NCBI RefSeq assembly: GCF_964213995.1
Contig: NW_027590187.1
Coordinates: 434,001-498,000, forward strand
Reading direction: 5' to 3'
DNA from: Mustelus asterias
Taxonomy: Eukaryota
DNA: 64,000 nucleotides
Part shown: positions 16,567-29,855 of the stretch, one piece after another
How positions within the stretch are numbered: position 1 is the first letter of the stretch
How the letters are laid out: each line of letters starts with the position of its first letter
Position numbers and translations under genes: made by a program
Notes under the pieces: model-generated
What the model was told of the DNA's origin: nothing
Seen by the model: only the letters and a program-made list of their open reading frames with translations
Databases searched by the model: none

Positions 16567-18181
16567 CTGAGCTCCGTCAGAGACAACGTGAGAAGGAGCC
16601 GGCGACTCACTTCCCTGTAACTTGCGTGGAGGAGACATCACATTTATTCACGTTCCTTCAATAATTTGTCTGTGGAAACAAAGTATATTTTAAAATTCAA
16701 GTACAGGTGAGAGAGAAGATACAGATTCCGTCAGTTTAATCTCTATTAATAATCATTGTGAGCGGTTTGTGAGGCTGCAGCCAGACTCGAGCTCTGATTG
16801 GTCACTCACATTTCAATCAGATTCGTAACCAATGGGAGGATCAGGGAGAAGAAATGGGAGGTTTTGATTGGTTCACATTTTCAAATTGGAAAAGCCCGCC
16901 AATTTCAGTGCAGGAAAAATACAAAATAACCGAACGCCTGAATGTTCAGGAAACTACTTCAATCTCACACTTTATAATCTGTTTATTGTATTTTCCTCCA
17001 CAGAATCCTGGCGCTATTTTAGGAACAGTTTGAACTTCTCAATCTCTTATCGAGAACCCGCGGTAATCAGACCCCGTTCCGCAATTTAAAACGGAGCAAA
17101 TCTCAGATCAGTGGAAAAGCAGAAACAGAGAGATCACCAACCAACCCCTTCACACAGGCTTCACAGGGACAGAGGGAAACGGTTGATTTCTGATCCTCTC
17201 CCCTGAAAGCGGCCGGGACTGTTACAATGGGAAGTGCGGAAAGAATCCCCGGCCCGATCCCGCCGGTGGAACAGGCAGCTTTGTGTCTGGAGAATAGGGA
17301 GCGCCGGGGGGAGGCAGATCTTAAAGCGCTGCAATGGACTCAGGTCCTGTGTGTGCAGAAATCTCTGATTCCGTCCTCTGGGAAAACTGCGGAAGAAACA
17401 GATCAGCCCGAGAATAACCTCTTCATTCCCGCCTTTACTCTGTTCCGGGAGCGACGCCCAGATCATCCGACAGAGGAAAATATATCATTCTCCAACTGCG
17501 AAATTCTTCCTTGTTGTCGATAATGCACCGGGATAGACTCGGTATGAAGCAAACTGAAGGATTTATAAAAACCTTGATTCTGACACCATGTCGTTCAATT
17601 ATTCACTTGAGCTCAATATAGAGAGGGAACTGAAAACATCAGTAAACAAATCAGAAACAGATCAATCCACCGTGACAATAACTCCATCTCTGACTCCCTG
17701 CTGCCAGGAAGCAGCCCTTTCACCGAACCTGTGAGTTTATGTGTTAAATCTGAATGGGCTTGAGAGAAAAGGGACAGAGATCGAGTCTAACGCACTAAGT
17801 GGAGGAAGATAGACTTCAAATCCTCTCTGTACCTGTAACAATCTGTGTAAGAATGGAATAAAGTCTTAGTTTGCACAGATGGTTATTTGCTGCACAAAAA
17901 ACGGCGCAAATGATGAAATTGTTGATTAACTGAAATCAGAACCCGAGTTCCAGATATCAACTATTAATAAAAAACAGCAACTTGCATGCATTAAAATACT
18001 GCCTGTGACAATACTATCGTAATGTGGATGGTGTATTCGCCTGATGAATTCCTCTATCTGCTGCGAGACTGATGGGGTCTATTTACTATCGTACACAGGG
18101 GGAACTCCGGATTGATAAAACAAAGCGGGAAACAGCTGGACTGTGAATAGCAGCGCAGCATCTGAGGGGCAAACAATAGAT

Positions 18182-18221
18182 CGCCCTTTTCCAGAAAAAG
18201 TGAGTGGCTCTGAAAAGAGCC
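18182..18221 (-). terminator. Histone 3' stem-loop (18206-18221) and U7-binding HDE of H2A
   Basis: AACCCAAA-GGCTCTTTTCAGAGCC-ACTCA followed by purine-rich GAAAAGGGCG. Confidence 0.93.
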
Positions 18222-18252
18222 TTTGGGTTCATCAGATTAAAGAATGGTCGCT

Positions 18253-18905
<653 letters not shown>

Positions 18906-19715
18906 GAAAGAACAAGAGTTTCGAAAATTATACGAATAGGTAATGGTTAATTAATTTTGAGCAATGTAAGAATCTCCCTTTCTCTCCTTCCCCAGTCTAT
19001 TGTTAACCTGTATCTGGCAGGTTCTGATTTTCAGCCTGGGTTTTTCGGAAAATAAGTCGAAAATAACAAAATTTTCACGATTCATTTTTGAAAAGTTCGC
19101 AGATGCATTTATAAAACAAGAAATACATTTCAAATAAAATCTCTCAATAATTAACTGTCGAACAACAAAGTGTTTAAAACATCAGTCTGTGTTTGCACCA
19201 TTTCACATTTTATCCCAAGTTGCAGATTTGCTTTTAGAATCCTGGATCCATTCGGCGTTAATCTCGGCCCTTTTTAAAACTCGAACTCGCCGCCAGAAAG
19301 TCTCATTGACATCGTTCTGTAAACGGACGGGATGTTCTCCATATTCGTGAGAATCAAGAGGGGAGTGAACATTTTCGGTGTAAATTGACCAGTGCCGAGA
19401 CTGAGGTTCCTGCACAACCGGGGCTGATAGGGAATAAACTGATCGATTATCAAGACCAAACTGGAACAGAATTGGAAGCTGACACATTTGCTCCATTAGC
19501 TCTCTCTCCCTCTCTCAAGTCGGGGAAACGGGCCTCTGAGATCTAAGTGCAGAGGCGTACGGAAACCAATTAATTAATTAATGAAACATTATTAATCAGA
19601 CGCTGGGCGATCAACTTGCATTACTCAGTACCTATCATTGATCAACAGTAAAAACAACAATTAGATTGTTCGAGACGCTTCAGAGTGAAAGATTAATTGA
19701 AACTAAATGGATGAT

Positions 19716-19757
19716 ACAGCTTTTTCAGGGAGATTGTGAGTGGCTCTTAAAAGAGCC
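19716..19757 (-). terminator. Histone stem-loop (19742-19757) and HDE of H2B
   Basis: GGCTCTTTTAAGAGCC-ACTCA, then GAAAAAGCTGT. Confidence 0.93.
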
Positions 19758-19793
19758 GTTGTGTTTGGGATGTTATTCAGTCCATGGGGGGTT

Positions 19794-20168
19794 TTACTTG
19801 GAGCTGGTGTACTTGGTCACCGCCTTTGTCCCTTCCGACACGGCGTGCTTGGCCAGTTCCCCGGGCAGCAGCAGGCGCACGGCGGTCTGGATCTCCCGGG
19901 AGCTGATGGTGCTGCGCTTGTTGTAATGGGCCAGGCGGGAAGCCTCACCCGCGATGCGCTCGAAAATATCGTTCACGAACGAGTTCATGATGCTCATGGC
20001 CTTGGAGGACATGCCGGTGTCAGGGTGAACCTGCTTCATCACTTTGTAGATGTAGATGGAGTAACTCTCCTTCCTCGACTTTCGCCGCTTCTTGCCGCCC
20101 TTTACTACCGGTTTCTTAATCACTTTCTTCGCCCCCTTCTTAGGAGCTGCTTTCTTCTCATCAACCAT
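19794..20168 (-). CDS. H2B: Histone H2B, 124 aa
   Basis: MVDEKK...[21 protein letters not shown]...AVTKYTSSK; intronless; stem-loop downstream. Confidence 0.96.
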   Translation of the reverse strand: MVDEKKAAPKKGAKKVIKKPVVKGGKKRRKSRKESYSIYIYKVMKQVHPDTGMSSKAMSIMNSFVNDIFERIAGEASRLAHYNKRSTISSREIQTAVRLLLPGELAKHAVSEGTKAVTKYTSSK

Positions 20169-20220
20169 CCTCACAGTTAATTTCAGACACAGAATCACTG
20201 AGTCGCGCTCGGAACTCCTC

Positions 20221-20330
20221 TTTTATAGACCAAAGCAGAGGCCTATGCTAATAAAGGATGGCTGAAAGCCCCGTTCCCCATTGGCTCATTCACAGTGATG
20301 TCAATTGGTAACGCTCTCTCTCTGATTGGT
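20221..20330 (-). promoter_or_regulatory. H2B promoter: TATA box, variant octamer (H2B box), three CCAAT boxes
   Basis: TATAAAA at 20221-20227; CTTTATTAGCATAGG with octamer variant ATTAGCAT at 20245-20252; CCAAT at ~20280, ~20305, ~20325. Confidence 0.82.
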
Positions 20331-20746
20331 TAGTTCAGATACACAAACACATCGTTTGTGGATTTGGGCAGCAACCAGTCTGTTGTCAATCCGTCCTTTC
20401 CCCTTGTCCGCCCCGATCCACCCAACCCCCTGACTCTCTCACTCCCTCTGCCGCACCAGCGCATTCTCTCTGCTGCTAATCCCACATCACTCTATCAGAC
20501 TGCTGAAACTGTTCATACATTTCCCCTTCCTCTGCTTTACTTCCGCCGATCACCGGGAGCTGGCAGTGTACAATATCTGGGCGTGTGGAAGGGGAATAAG
20601 TTTGATGAGCAACAGCCACATTGACATTGTTGCTAAAACAAAAAGCTGACTGCAAGAAGAAGTGGAATCAGAATTGGATATTACTGGCGACAAGCCTTGA
20701 TACGGTTCCACACCAGAGGCAAATAAAGAAAATGAGAGCACGTGGA

Positions 20747-20900
20747 ATGGGGGGGGGGGGTGGTTGGGGGGGGGGGAGGGGGCTGGGGGCTTGGGGGAGG
20801 AGGGGGCTGGGGGGGTGGAGGGGGCTGGGGGGGGTGGAGGGGGCTGGGGGGTGGAGGGGGCTGGGGGGGTGGAGGGGGCTGGGGAGGAGGGGGCTGGGGG
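20747..20900 (+). repeat. G-rich simple repeat (GGGGGCTGGGGGGGTGGA)n with G-quadruplex potential
   Basis: About 20 G-runs separated by 1-4 nt spacers, embedded in an old CR1 fragment. Confidence 0.9.
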
Positions 20901-21749
20901 AGAGAATATCCTGGAATAGACTGAGAACGAGCTGATGGACAGAGAACTGAGAGTAGGAACAAATGGGTCATTTTCAAGTTAGCAGGCTATGACAAGTGGG
21001 CTACCACAAGGATCAGTGTTTGGGCCACTGCTATTTCCAATCTGTGTATCAATGATTTGGGATTAAAGGTAATATTTCCAAATTGGTAGCTGTCACAAAC
21101 AAGGTGGATGTGTGAGTTGTGAAAAGGAGGCAAAGACTCTTTGTGTGTATTTGAAGAGGCTGAGCGAATGGGCAACAATTTTTGCAGATAGAATGCAATG
21201 CGCAGAGATATGAGGAGATTTAATCATTAAATATGTTCAAGAGTGAGATTGATAGATTTCTACATGTCAAAAACACCAAGGGTTACGGGGATAGTTCAGG
21301 AAAATGGTGTTGAAGTGGAAAATCAGTCATGATCTCACTGTATGGCAATGTGGACTTGAAGAGCCGAATGGCCTACTCTTGCTCCAATTTCGTATCTTCT
21401 AATTATGCTTTAGCATGGTCATCATTCTGTGACTGTAATTAACGATAATTAACGGTATTTCTTGTACCCTGTCACAATATGACTGTGGCTTTAAAAATAG
21501 AACAGAGCATGTCCATAGCTAGTGACTGACCTCCTATTTTCCAAAAGGCATTCCACAATTGAATTCCACATTTAGGTAAGGGATGGAATACTCTCCACTC
21601 ACTGGTCAGTGCACCTCCAACAACACCAAAGAATCTCAGAAACAAATCAAGTTTGTGGTTTCACTTGCAAACCATTCATCAGCTTCAGCATTTACTCCCT
21701 CAACCATTCACACACAGTGTGCACCATTTGTGAAGTACACTGCAAGAAC

Positions 21750-23690
21750 AGGCGACACAATGGTTAGACAGCTGCCTCACAATGCCATGGACCCAGGTTC
21801 GTTTCCGGCCTCGGACGCCTGTCTTTGTGGAGTTTGCATATTCTCCCCTGAGATGTTCGGAGGGAGGATGTCCTGGCAGTTTTGAATAAACTGAAGGTCG
21901 TTAAGTCCCCTGGGCCTGATTAAATGTATCCTAGGATTCTTTGGGAGGCAAGGGATGAGATTGCAGAGCCTTTGGCTTTGATCTTTGGGTCCTCGCTGTC
22001 CACAGGGATGGGGCCAGAGGACTGGAGAATGGCGAATGTTGTTCCTCTGTTTAAGAAATGGAATAGAAATGACCCTGGTAATTATAGACCGGTTAGTCTT
22101 CCTTCGGTGGTTGGTAAATTGATGGAAAAGGTCCTTAGGGATGGGATTTACGACCATTTAGAAAGATGCGGATTAATCCGGGATAGTCAGCACGGATTCG
22201 TGAATGGCAAGTCGTGCCTCACAAATTTGATAGAATTTTTTGAGCAGGTAACTAAGCGTGTTGATGAAGGTAGGCCAGTTGACGTCATATACATGGATTT
22301 TAGTAAGGCGTTTGATAAGGTCCCCCACGGTCGGCTTATGATGAAAGTGAGGAGGTGTGGGATAGAGGGAAAGTTGGCCGATTGGATAGGTAACTGGCTG
22401 TCTGATCGAAGACAGAGGGTGGTGGTGGATGGAAAATTTTTGGATTGGAGGCAGGTTGCTAGCGGAGTGCCGCAGGGATCAGTGCTTGGTCCTCATCTCT
22501 TTGTGATTTTTATTAATGACTTAGAGGAGGGGGCTGAAGGGTGGATCAGTGAATTTGCTGATGACACCAAGATTGGTGGAGTAGTGGATGAGGTGGGGGG
22601 TTGTTGTAGGCTGCAAAGAGACATAGATAGGAAGCAAAGCTGGGCTGAAAAATGGCAAAGGGAATTTAACCCTGATAAATGTGAGGTGGTTCATTTTGGT
22701 AGGACTAATTTAAATGTGGATTACAGGGTCAAAGGTAGGGTTCTGAAGACTGTGGAGGAACAGAGAGATCTTGGGGTCCATATCCACAGATCTCTAAAGG
22801 TTGCCACTCAAGTGGATAGAGCTGTGAAGAAGGCCTATAGTGTGTTAGCTTTTATTAACAGGGGGTTGGAGTTTAAGAGCCGTGGGGTTATGCTGCAACT
22901 GTACAGGACCTTGGTGAGACCACATTTGGAATATTGTGTGCAGTTCTGGTCACCTCACTCTAAGAAGGATGTGGAAGCGTTGGAAAGAGTGCAGAGGAGA
23001 TTTACCAGGATGCTGCCTGGTTTGGAGGGTAGGTCTTATGAGGAAAGGTTGAGGGAGCTAGGGCTGTTCTCTCTGGAGCGGAGGAGGCTGAGGGGAGACT
23101 TAATAGAGGTTTATAAAATGATGAAGGGGATAGATAGAGTGAACGTTCAAAGACTATTTCCTCGGGTGGATGGAGCTATTACAATGGCGCATAACTATAG
23201 GGTTCGTGGTGGGAGATACAGGAAGGATATCAGAGGTAGGTTCTTTACGCAGAGAGTAGTTGGGGTGTGGAATGGACTGCCTGCAGTGATAGTGGAGTCA
23301 GACACTTTAGGAACACTTAAGCGGTTATTGGATAGGCACATGGAGCACACCAGGATGATAGGGAGTGGGATAGCTTGATCTTGGTTTCAGATAAAGCTCA
23401 GCACAACATCGTGGGCCGAAGGGCCTGTTCTGTGCTGTACTGTTCTATGTTCTATGTTCTTATCTGCATGGGTTTTCTCCAAGTGCACTGGTTTCCTCCC
23501 ACAATTCAAAGTTGTGCAGGTTATTCGGCTTGGCCATGTTAATTGCCCCTTGGTATCCCAAGATGTGTCGTTAGAGGATGTAGCCATAGTAAATTTGTGG
23601 GGTTATGGGGATAGGGCCTGGGTAAAATGCTGAGTCAGTGTAGACTTGATGGGTCAAATGACATCCTTCTGCACTGGAGGGATTCTATTC
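21750..23690 (+). mobile_element. Old V-SINE split by the CR1 insertion (halves ~21750-21850 and ~23461-23690)
   Basis: The SINE consensus ...CATTCTCCCC / TGTCTGCATGGGTTT... resumes directly after the CR1 tail. Confidence 0.8.
21851..23460 (+). mobile_element. Young 5'-truncated CR1 LINE with an open RT frame (ORF 21924..23378)
   Basis: NYRPVSL, QHGF, DFSKAFD, GVPQGS and FADD motifs; (GTTCTAT)n tail; near-identical to 7140-8550. Confidence 0.95.
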
Positions 23691-25807
23691 TAAATCAGTG
23701 AGGCTGAGTTTGGGACTGAAATGGCATCTCTCTATTTCATGTACAGAATGCGATTAATTATGTGCCTGTAAGTATTGGGTACAGTATGTGAAACAAAATG
23801 TGTATTTGTCTGTTGATTGCCAGCTTGCATGTGTGAGATTGGCTGAACATAATTTTGAGACTCATGCACTATATCAGTCTCCACTGTGTATGTTAATATG
23901 GGGTAAATTCTGCTCACACCTGTGTCTTGAAGTGAATGTGAGTTTGATTTCGGTTCAGCAGGCATGTGTCATTGAGTAACTGTATAAGTGTCTGAATCAT
24001 ACTGTATGCATCGGTCTCTGGTACAACATCTGAGTGTGCTTTTCTGTCTGTCTGTGGTGCTGTGTGTGAATGCAGGGTTCATTCCATGGATGCTACTTGT
24101 GATACTGTGTGAGAGTGGACATCATTTTGCTTCACTGTTTCTCAAAACAAATGTAGGTATCATTCTGTAGTTGTCATTCTCTAGTATGTTTTGGAATTCC
24201 TTGTTCTTCCATCTGTCTCGAGAGAGTTTGAGAAAGTAGGATTAATTTTACATCTGTGATTCTCTGGTTATCCATGTGGGTGTAGGAATCAATCTTTATC
24301 CATTTATCTCTTGCGTTGAAGTGTGGGATACTTCTGTACTTTAACTTTACATGTATCTCAGACATTGTGATAAACACTACATGCTAAATACATAATGTAT
24401 TGATATTTGTTCATCTTTCAATTTATTTTTTCATGTAGATTTCCAGTACATTTGACTGTCCCTGTTTATATTCAGCAGCTGTGTGTGAGTATTCAATTTG
24501 TAATTCTGTGAATGGCAACAGTTGGATACATAACCTGGTAAGTAATTCCTGCAGTTTGTAGCAAAGGAATTGCTGTTACCTCTTTCTGTCTTACTCAGAT
24601 TGAGCACTTTTGGATTCATTTACATATTTATCCCTGTATATAGTATCAGGAAATTAATTGTAATTTATTCAGTATTGTACAATTATCTTTTGTCTGTCTG
24701 AGCGAAGAATTGTTACTTAATGTGTGATCAAGGTGACACCGTGTTTTATATCTGTGAGTGAATGAATTTGTTTTATTCCTGTGATATATACCTGATAAGA
24801 CAAAAGATAGGAAAATGTAGATGTACAAAAGGACTCTAGATGTTAACATGCAGGTCCAGTTGGCAATTATGAAGGCAAATGATATGTTGGACATTATTGT
24901 AAAAGGTTCTGAGCGCAGCAGAAGTGAAGTCTTACTTTAATTGTCTGGCAGCTTAGTTAGACTGCACCTGGAGAACTGTGTGCAGTTTTGGTCCCCTTAC
25001 CTTAGGAAGGATAATAATTTTGTTATAGAAAGTGTAACAAAGGTTCACCAAACTTGTTCCAAAGATCAGAGAGGCGTCTGAGTCTGTACAAACTTGGTGG
25101 GCTAAAGGGTCAGTTTCTGTTCTGTGTTGTTCTTTGTTCTTTGCATCCCTATAGTAGAGAAGGAGGATATTTATCCCATCTCGTCTGCACTGACTCAGCA
25201 TCTTACATTTGCCCACACAACCCCGCCTCCCCCCCCACACTATCCAAATAACCCACAAACCACTGAATCTACACAAGCTGGAACACAAAGGAACATGCAA
25301 CCTGTGACCATCACCCTCTGCTTTATGTCACTACGAAAGTTGTTGATGCAATTTTCCAAATCATACTGGATCCCATGTGCTGATATCTTCTTGACCAGTC
25401 TCCCATTGTCAAATGCCTTACTGAAGTCCATGTGGATGACATCAACTCACTGCCCTGATCTACAAGGATCGACACCTCCCCAAAACATTCAATCTAATTT
25501 GTTAGACATGATCTTTCCCTAACAAAGCAATGCTGACTATCCTTGATTAATCCTTGCCTCTGAAAATGGAGATTAATTTTAACCCTCACAATTTGTCTCA
25601 ATAGTTCCCCTTACACTGATTTCAGATTTTAAACAACTGGATTGTGTCCTTGTCACCTCAAGGGCATCTCCACTCTCCAACACTACAATGTCTTCCCTAG
25701 TCAGTATTGTCATCCCACCTCTCTTTTTCTCTTATCTATCTCTTTCTGAACACAATTCCTGAATATTCAGCACCCAGTCCTCACTCTTTTTAAGGCACAT
25801 TTCTGTC

Positions 25808-27062
25808 AAAGAACAAAGAACAGTACAGCACAAGAAACAGGCCATTCGGCCCTCCAAGCCTGTGCCGCTCATTGGGCCAGCTAGACCATTCATTTGTATC
25901 CCTCCAATCCCAGACTGCTCATGTGACTATCCAGGCAAGTCTTAAACGATGCCAGCGTGTCTGCCTCCACCACCCTACTTGGCAGCGCATTCCAGGCCCC
26001 CACCACTCTGTGTAAAAAACGTCCCTCTGATATCTGAGTTATACCTCGCCCCTCTCACCTTGAGCCCATGACCCCTCGTGATCGTCACCTCCAACCTGGG
26101 AAAAAGCTTCCCACTGTTCAGCCTATCTATACCCTTCATAATTTTGTACACCTCTATTAGGTCTCCCCTCATTCTCCGTCTTTCCAGGGAGAACAAGCCC
26201 AGTCTACCCAATCTCTCCTCATAGCTGAGACCCTCCATACCAGGCAACATCCTGGGAAACCTTCTCTGCACTCTCTCTAAAGCCTCCACGTCCTTCTGAT
26301 AGTGCAGCGACCAGACCTGGACGCAGTACTCCAAATGTGGCCTAACCAGCGTTCTGTACATCAGACTCCAGCTTTTATACTCTATACCCCGTCCTATAAA
26401 GGCAAGCATACCATATGCCTTCTTCACCACCTTCTCCACCTGTGCTGCCACCTTCAAGGATTTGCGGACTTGCACACCTCGGTCCCTCTGTGTGTGTCTA
26501 TACTCTTGATGGCTCTGCCATTTATTGTATAACTCCCCCCTACATTAGTTCTTCCAAAATGCATCACTTCATATTTATGTGGATTAAATTCCATCTGCCA
26601 TTTCTCCGAACAAATTTTCCAGCCTATCTATATCCTGCTGTATTGTCCGACAATGTTCATCGCTATCCGCAAGTCCAGCCATCTTCGTGTCATCCACAAA
26701 CTTGCTGATAACACCAGTTACACTTTCTTCCAAATCAGTTATATATATCACAAATAGCAGAGGTCACAGTACAGAGCCCTGCGGAGCACCACTGGTCACA
26801 GACATCCAGCCGGAAAAAGACCCTTCGACTGCTACCCTCTATCTCCTGTGGCCAAGCCAGTTTTCTATCCATCTAGCCACCTCTCCTTGTATCCCATGAG
26901 CCTTAACCTCCTTAACCATCCTGCCATGAGGGACTTTGTCAAATGCCTGACTGAAATCCATATAGACGATATCCACGGCAATCCTTCGACATCCTTCGTC
27001 AATCGTTTTTGTCACTTCCTCAAAAAACTCCATCAAATTTGTAAGGCATGGCCCCCCTCTTA
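25808..27062 (-). mobile_element. 5'-truncated CR1 LINE, same subfamily as the element at 1-3096
   Basis: ~26540-27060 matches 1-520; C-terminal ORF 25975..26475; (TTCTTTG)n tail. Confidence 0.9.
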
Positions 27063-27319
27063 TTGTCATTGCCTCTGCACCAGATTCCCACATTTCTCTT
27101 TGTCCTTCAAGCTCATCAACCTTATTTATCACACTCTGTGTGTTTACATACATTGGAAACCTGTCTTGACATTCTTCATAGTACTTGTTAGTCTCCTTCT
27201 ATCCAACATGGTATTACTTCCTTCTCCTGTATTATCCATCACTCTCCCTCCTTTCTGCCCTTCTTCCTTTCTGCTACTTTTATATGTATCACAACCTCTA
27301 TCCTATCACCCTCCTCTTT

Positions 27320-28250
27320 CAGGATGTCCTGCAGCGATTCAGTGACATCCCTGACATTGGCCAGGGAGATAACACACCATCCTGAAGTCAAATCCTTGGC
27401 CACAGAAATGCCTGTCTGCTCTACTGACTGATGAATCCCCTATCACTATTGCTCTTCCTGTCTTCTTCCTCCCCACCTGTACAAGCAAGATGCTTGTTTT
27501 GCCAGAATCTTGGCTCTGACTGCACTCCTCTGGGGTGCCTACCGCACTCTCATCTGCATCCAAAATGGAAGATGTGTTAGTGACGAGGACCCCACGGGAC
27601 TCCTGCAGTACCTGTTTGGGTGGCACGGTGACAAAGTGGTTTGCATTGCTGCCTCACAGCACGAGGGACCCGGGTTCAATTCCCGCCTTGGGTGGCTGTT
27701 TGTGTGGAGTTTGCACATTCTCCCCGTTTATGCATGGGTTTCCTCCGGGTGCTCCAAAAATGTGCAGGTTAGGTGGATTAACCATGCTAAATTGCCCTTT
27801 AGTGCCCCATGATGTGTAGGTTAGAGAGATTGGCAGGGTAAATACCTGGGGTTATGGGGATAGGGGCTGGGCAGGATTGTTATTGGTGCAGGCTCGGTGG
27901 GCTGAATGGCCCCCTTCTGCACTGTAGGGATTCTATGATTCTATTCTATGATTCTACATGCCTGTTCTTCTTGGACTGCTCAGTGGTCACCCATTTCCTT
28001 CTTTCCTCTAGTCCCTTGAGCTGTGCTGTGACCATCTCTCTAAATGTGCTGTCCACATAACTCTCAGCCTCTCAAATGCATCACAGTCTCTCCAGCTGCT
28101 CCTCAAGGTCCAGTTTCTGCAGCTGGGAACACTTCCTGCACATTTGGTCATTCAAGACACTGGCAGCATCCAAGACTCCCCACATGAGACAAACCACACA
28201 TTCCACTCAGCTGTCTTCACCTGACGTGTCTTCAATGTAAAATTTACACC
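27320..28250 (-). mobile_element. Degenerate CR1 ORF1 remnant containing a V-SINE (~27618-27950 +)
   Basis: RAIVIGDSSV...RMVCYLPG esterase motif. Confidence 0.7.
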
Positions 28251-28447
28251 TTATACTAGAACAAATCTGATGTCGTGATGCTGGCATTGGACTGGGGGGG
28301 GCGCACAGTAAGAAGTCTCACAACACCAGGTTAAAGTCGAACAGGTTTATTTGGTAGCACAAGCTTTCAGAGCGCTTCTCATGTTTCTATATGTTTCTAT
28401 ATATGCCCTGTTTGTGAATCCAACTCTCCACTCACCTGAGGAAGGAG

Positions 28448-28995
28448 TGTTTCTTCAGAAGGAACTCTTCAAAATGCAGCTCATGAAAATACAACAAAAC
28501 TTACTCCATCTTATAAATCAAAGGACGGGTTTAATAAAGAAACATCATTACTCCAAACTTGGGGCCTCACCCTGGGCCACTCCAAGCTCCCACAATTCAT
28601 AGAAATCATAGAAACCCTACAGTACAGAAAGAGGCCATTCGGCCCATCGAGTCTGCACTTACCACAATCCCACCCAGGCCCTACCCCCATATCCCTACAT
28701 ATTTACCCACTAATCCCTCCAACCTACGCATCTAAAGACACTAAGGGCAATTTTTAGCATGGCCAATCAACCTAACCCGCACATCTTTGGACTGTGGGAG
28801 GAAACCGGAGTACCCGGAGGAAACCCACGCAGACAATTCTACACAGATTCTTATTTATAGTGAATCAGCTCATCAGCTGACTGCTACATCACTCTGTGAT
28901 TGGTTCCATGCTTTGCTGGGTCAGCTGACCCTTACATCTTGTTCCCATTGATCACATTACAGCCAATCAAAGTTGTCCCCGGTTACATTCTAACA
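28448..28995 (-). mobile_element. Solo LTR (~307 bp without the nested SINE)
   Basis: TGTT...AACA termini; 5-bp TSD AGGAG at 28443-28447 and 28996-29000; minus-strand CCAAT, TATAAATA (~28851-28858) and ATTAAA. Confidence 0.72.
28599..28832 (-). mobile_element. 5'-truncated HE1-like SINE inside the LTR
   Basis: TSD ACAATTC at 28592-28598 and 28833-28839. Confidence 0.9.
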
Positions 28996-29124
28996 AGGAG
29001 CAGCGCTCTGAAAGCTCATGCTCCCCAAAGAAAACAGATGGACTTTAACCTGGTATTGTGAAACTTCTTGCTAGAACAAATAAAGATAATATATAATATA
29101 TAATAATTTTCCCAATAAATAACA

Positions 29125-29478
29125 TGCTTCATAAAATTATGAAAGGCATGGATCGGGTGAACGGTGGGAAGCTTTTCCCCAGGTCGGTGGTGACGTTCAC
29201 GAGGGGTGATAGGTTCAAGGTGAAGGGGGGGGGAGGTTTAACGCAGATATCAGAAGGACATATTTTACACAGAGGGTGGTGGGGGCCTGGAATGCGCTGC
29301 CAGGCAAGATGGTGGAGGCAGACATACTGGGAACATTTAAGACTTATCTAGAGAGCCATATGAACGGAGTGGGAATGGAGGGATACAAAAGAATGGTCTA
29401 GTTTGGACCAGGGAACGGCACGGACTTGGAGGGCCGAAGGGCCTGTTCCTGTTCCTGTGCTGTATTGTTCTTTGTTCT
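29125..29478 (+). mobile_element. CR1 3' end fragment
   Basis: KIMKGMDRV...LFPR motif and TTCTTTG tail. Confidence 0.85.
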
Positions 29479-29518
29479 ATTAGCTTCAGCTAAATATGTC
29501 GATGTGCTTGAAACAGTT

Positions 29519-29855
29519 CATAGAATCATAGAAACCCTACAGCACAGAAAGAGGCCATTCAGCCCATCGAGTCTGCACCGACCCCAATCCCACCCAGGCC
29601 CTACTCCCATATATTTACCCACTAATCCCTCGAACCTACGCATCTCAGGACACTAAGGACAATTTTAGCATGGCCAATCAACCTAACCCGCACATTTTTG
29701 GACTGTGGGAGGAAACCGGAGCACCCGGAGGAAACCCACGCAGACACGGGGAGAATGTGCAAACTCCACACAGACAGTGACCCAAGCCGGGAATCGAACC
29801 CAGGTCCCTGGAGCTGTGAAGCAGCAGTGCTAACAACTGTGCTACCATGCCGCCC
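29519..29855 (-). mobile_element. Full-length HE1-like V-SINE
   Basis: Head, V-domain and tail all present. Confidence 0.9.

Larger units (their letters stand above)
28269..29072. mobile_element. Penelope inverted pLTR pair (28269-28380 -, 28381-29072 +), interrupted by a solo LTR
   Basis: pLTR motif on both strands; the hammerhead core is split at 28447/29001. Confidence 0.8.

Noticed and set aside
20621-20977. Pro-rich and Gly-rich ORFs
   Set aside because: Translations of the G-rich simple repeat.
21924-23378. 484-aa RT ORF as a domesticated gene or active element
   Set aside because: 5'-truncated with no endonuclease or promoter and near-identical to another copy; it is open because it is young.
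23700-24800. AT/TG-rich kilobase without obvious repeats
   Set aside because: No periodicity, ORF or motif that I could support.
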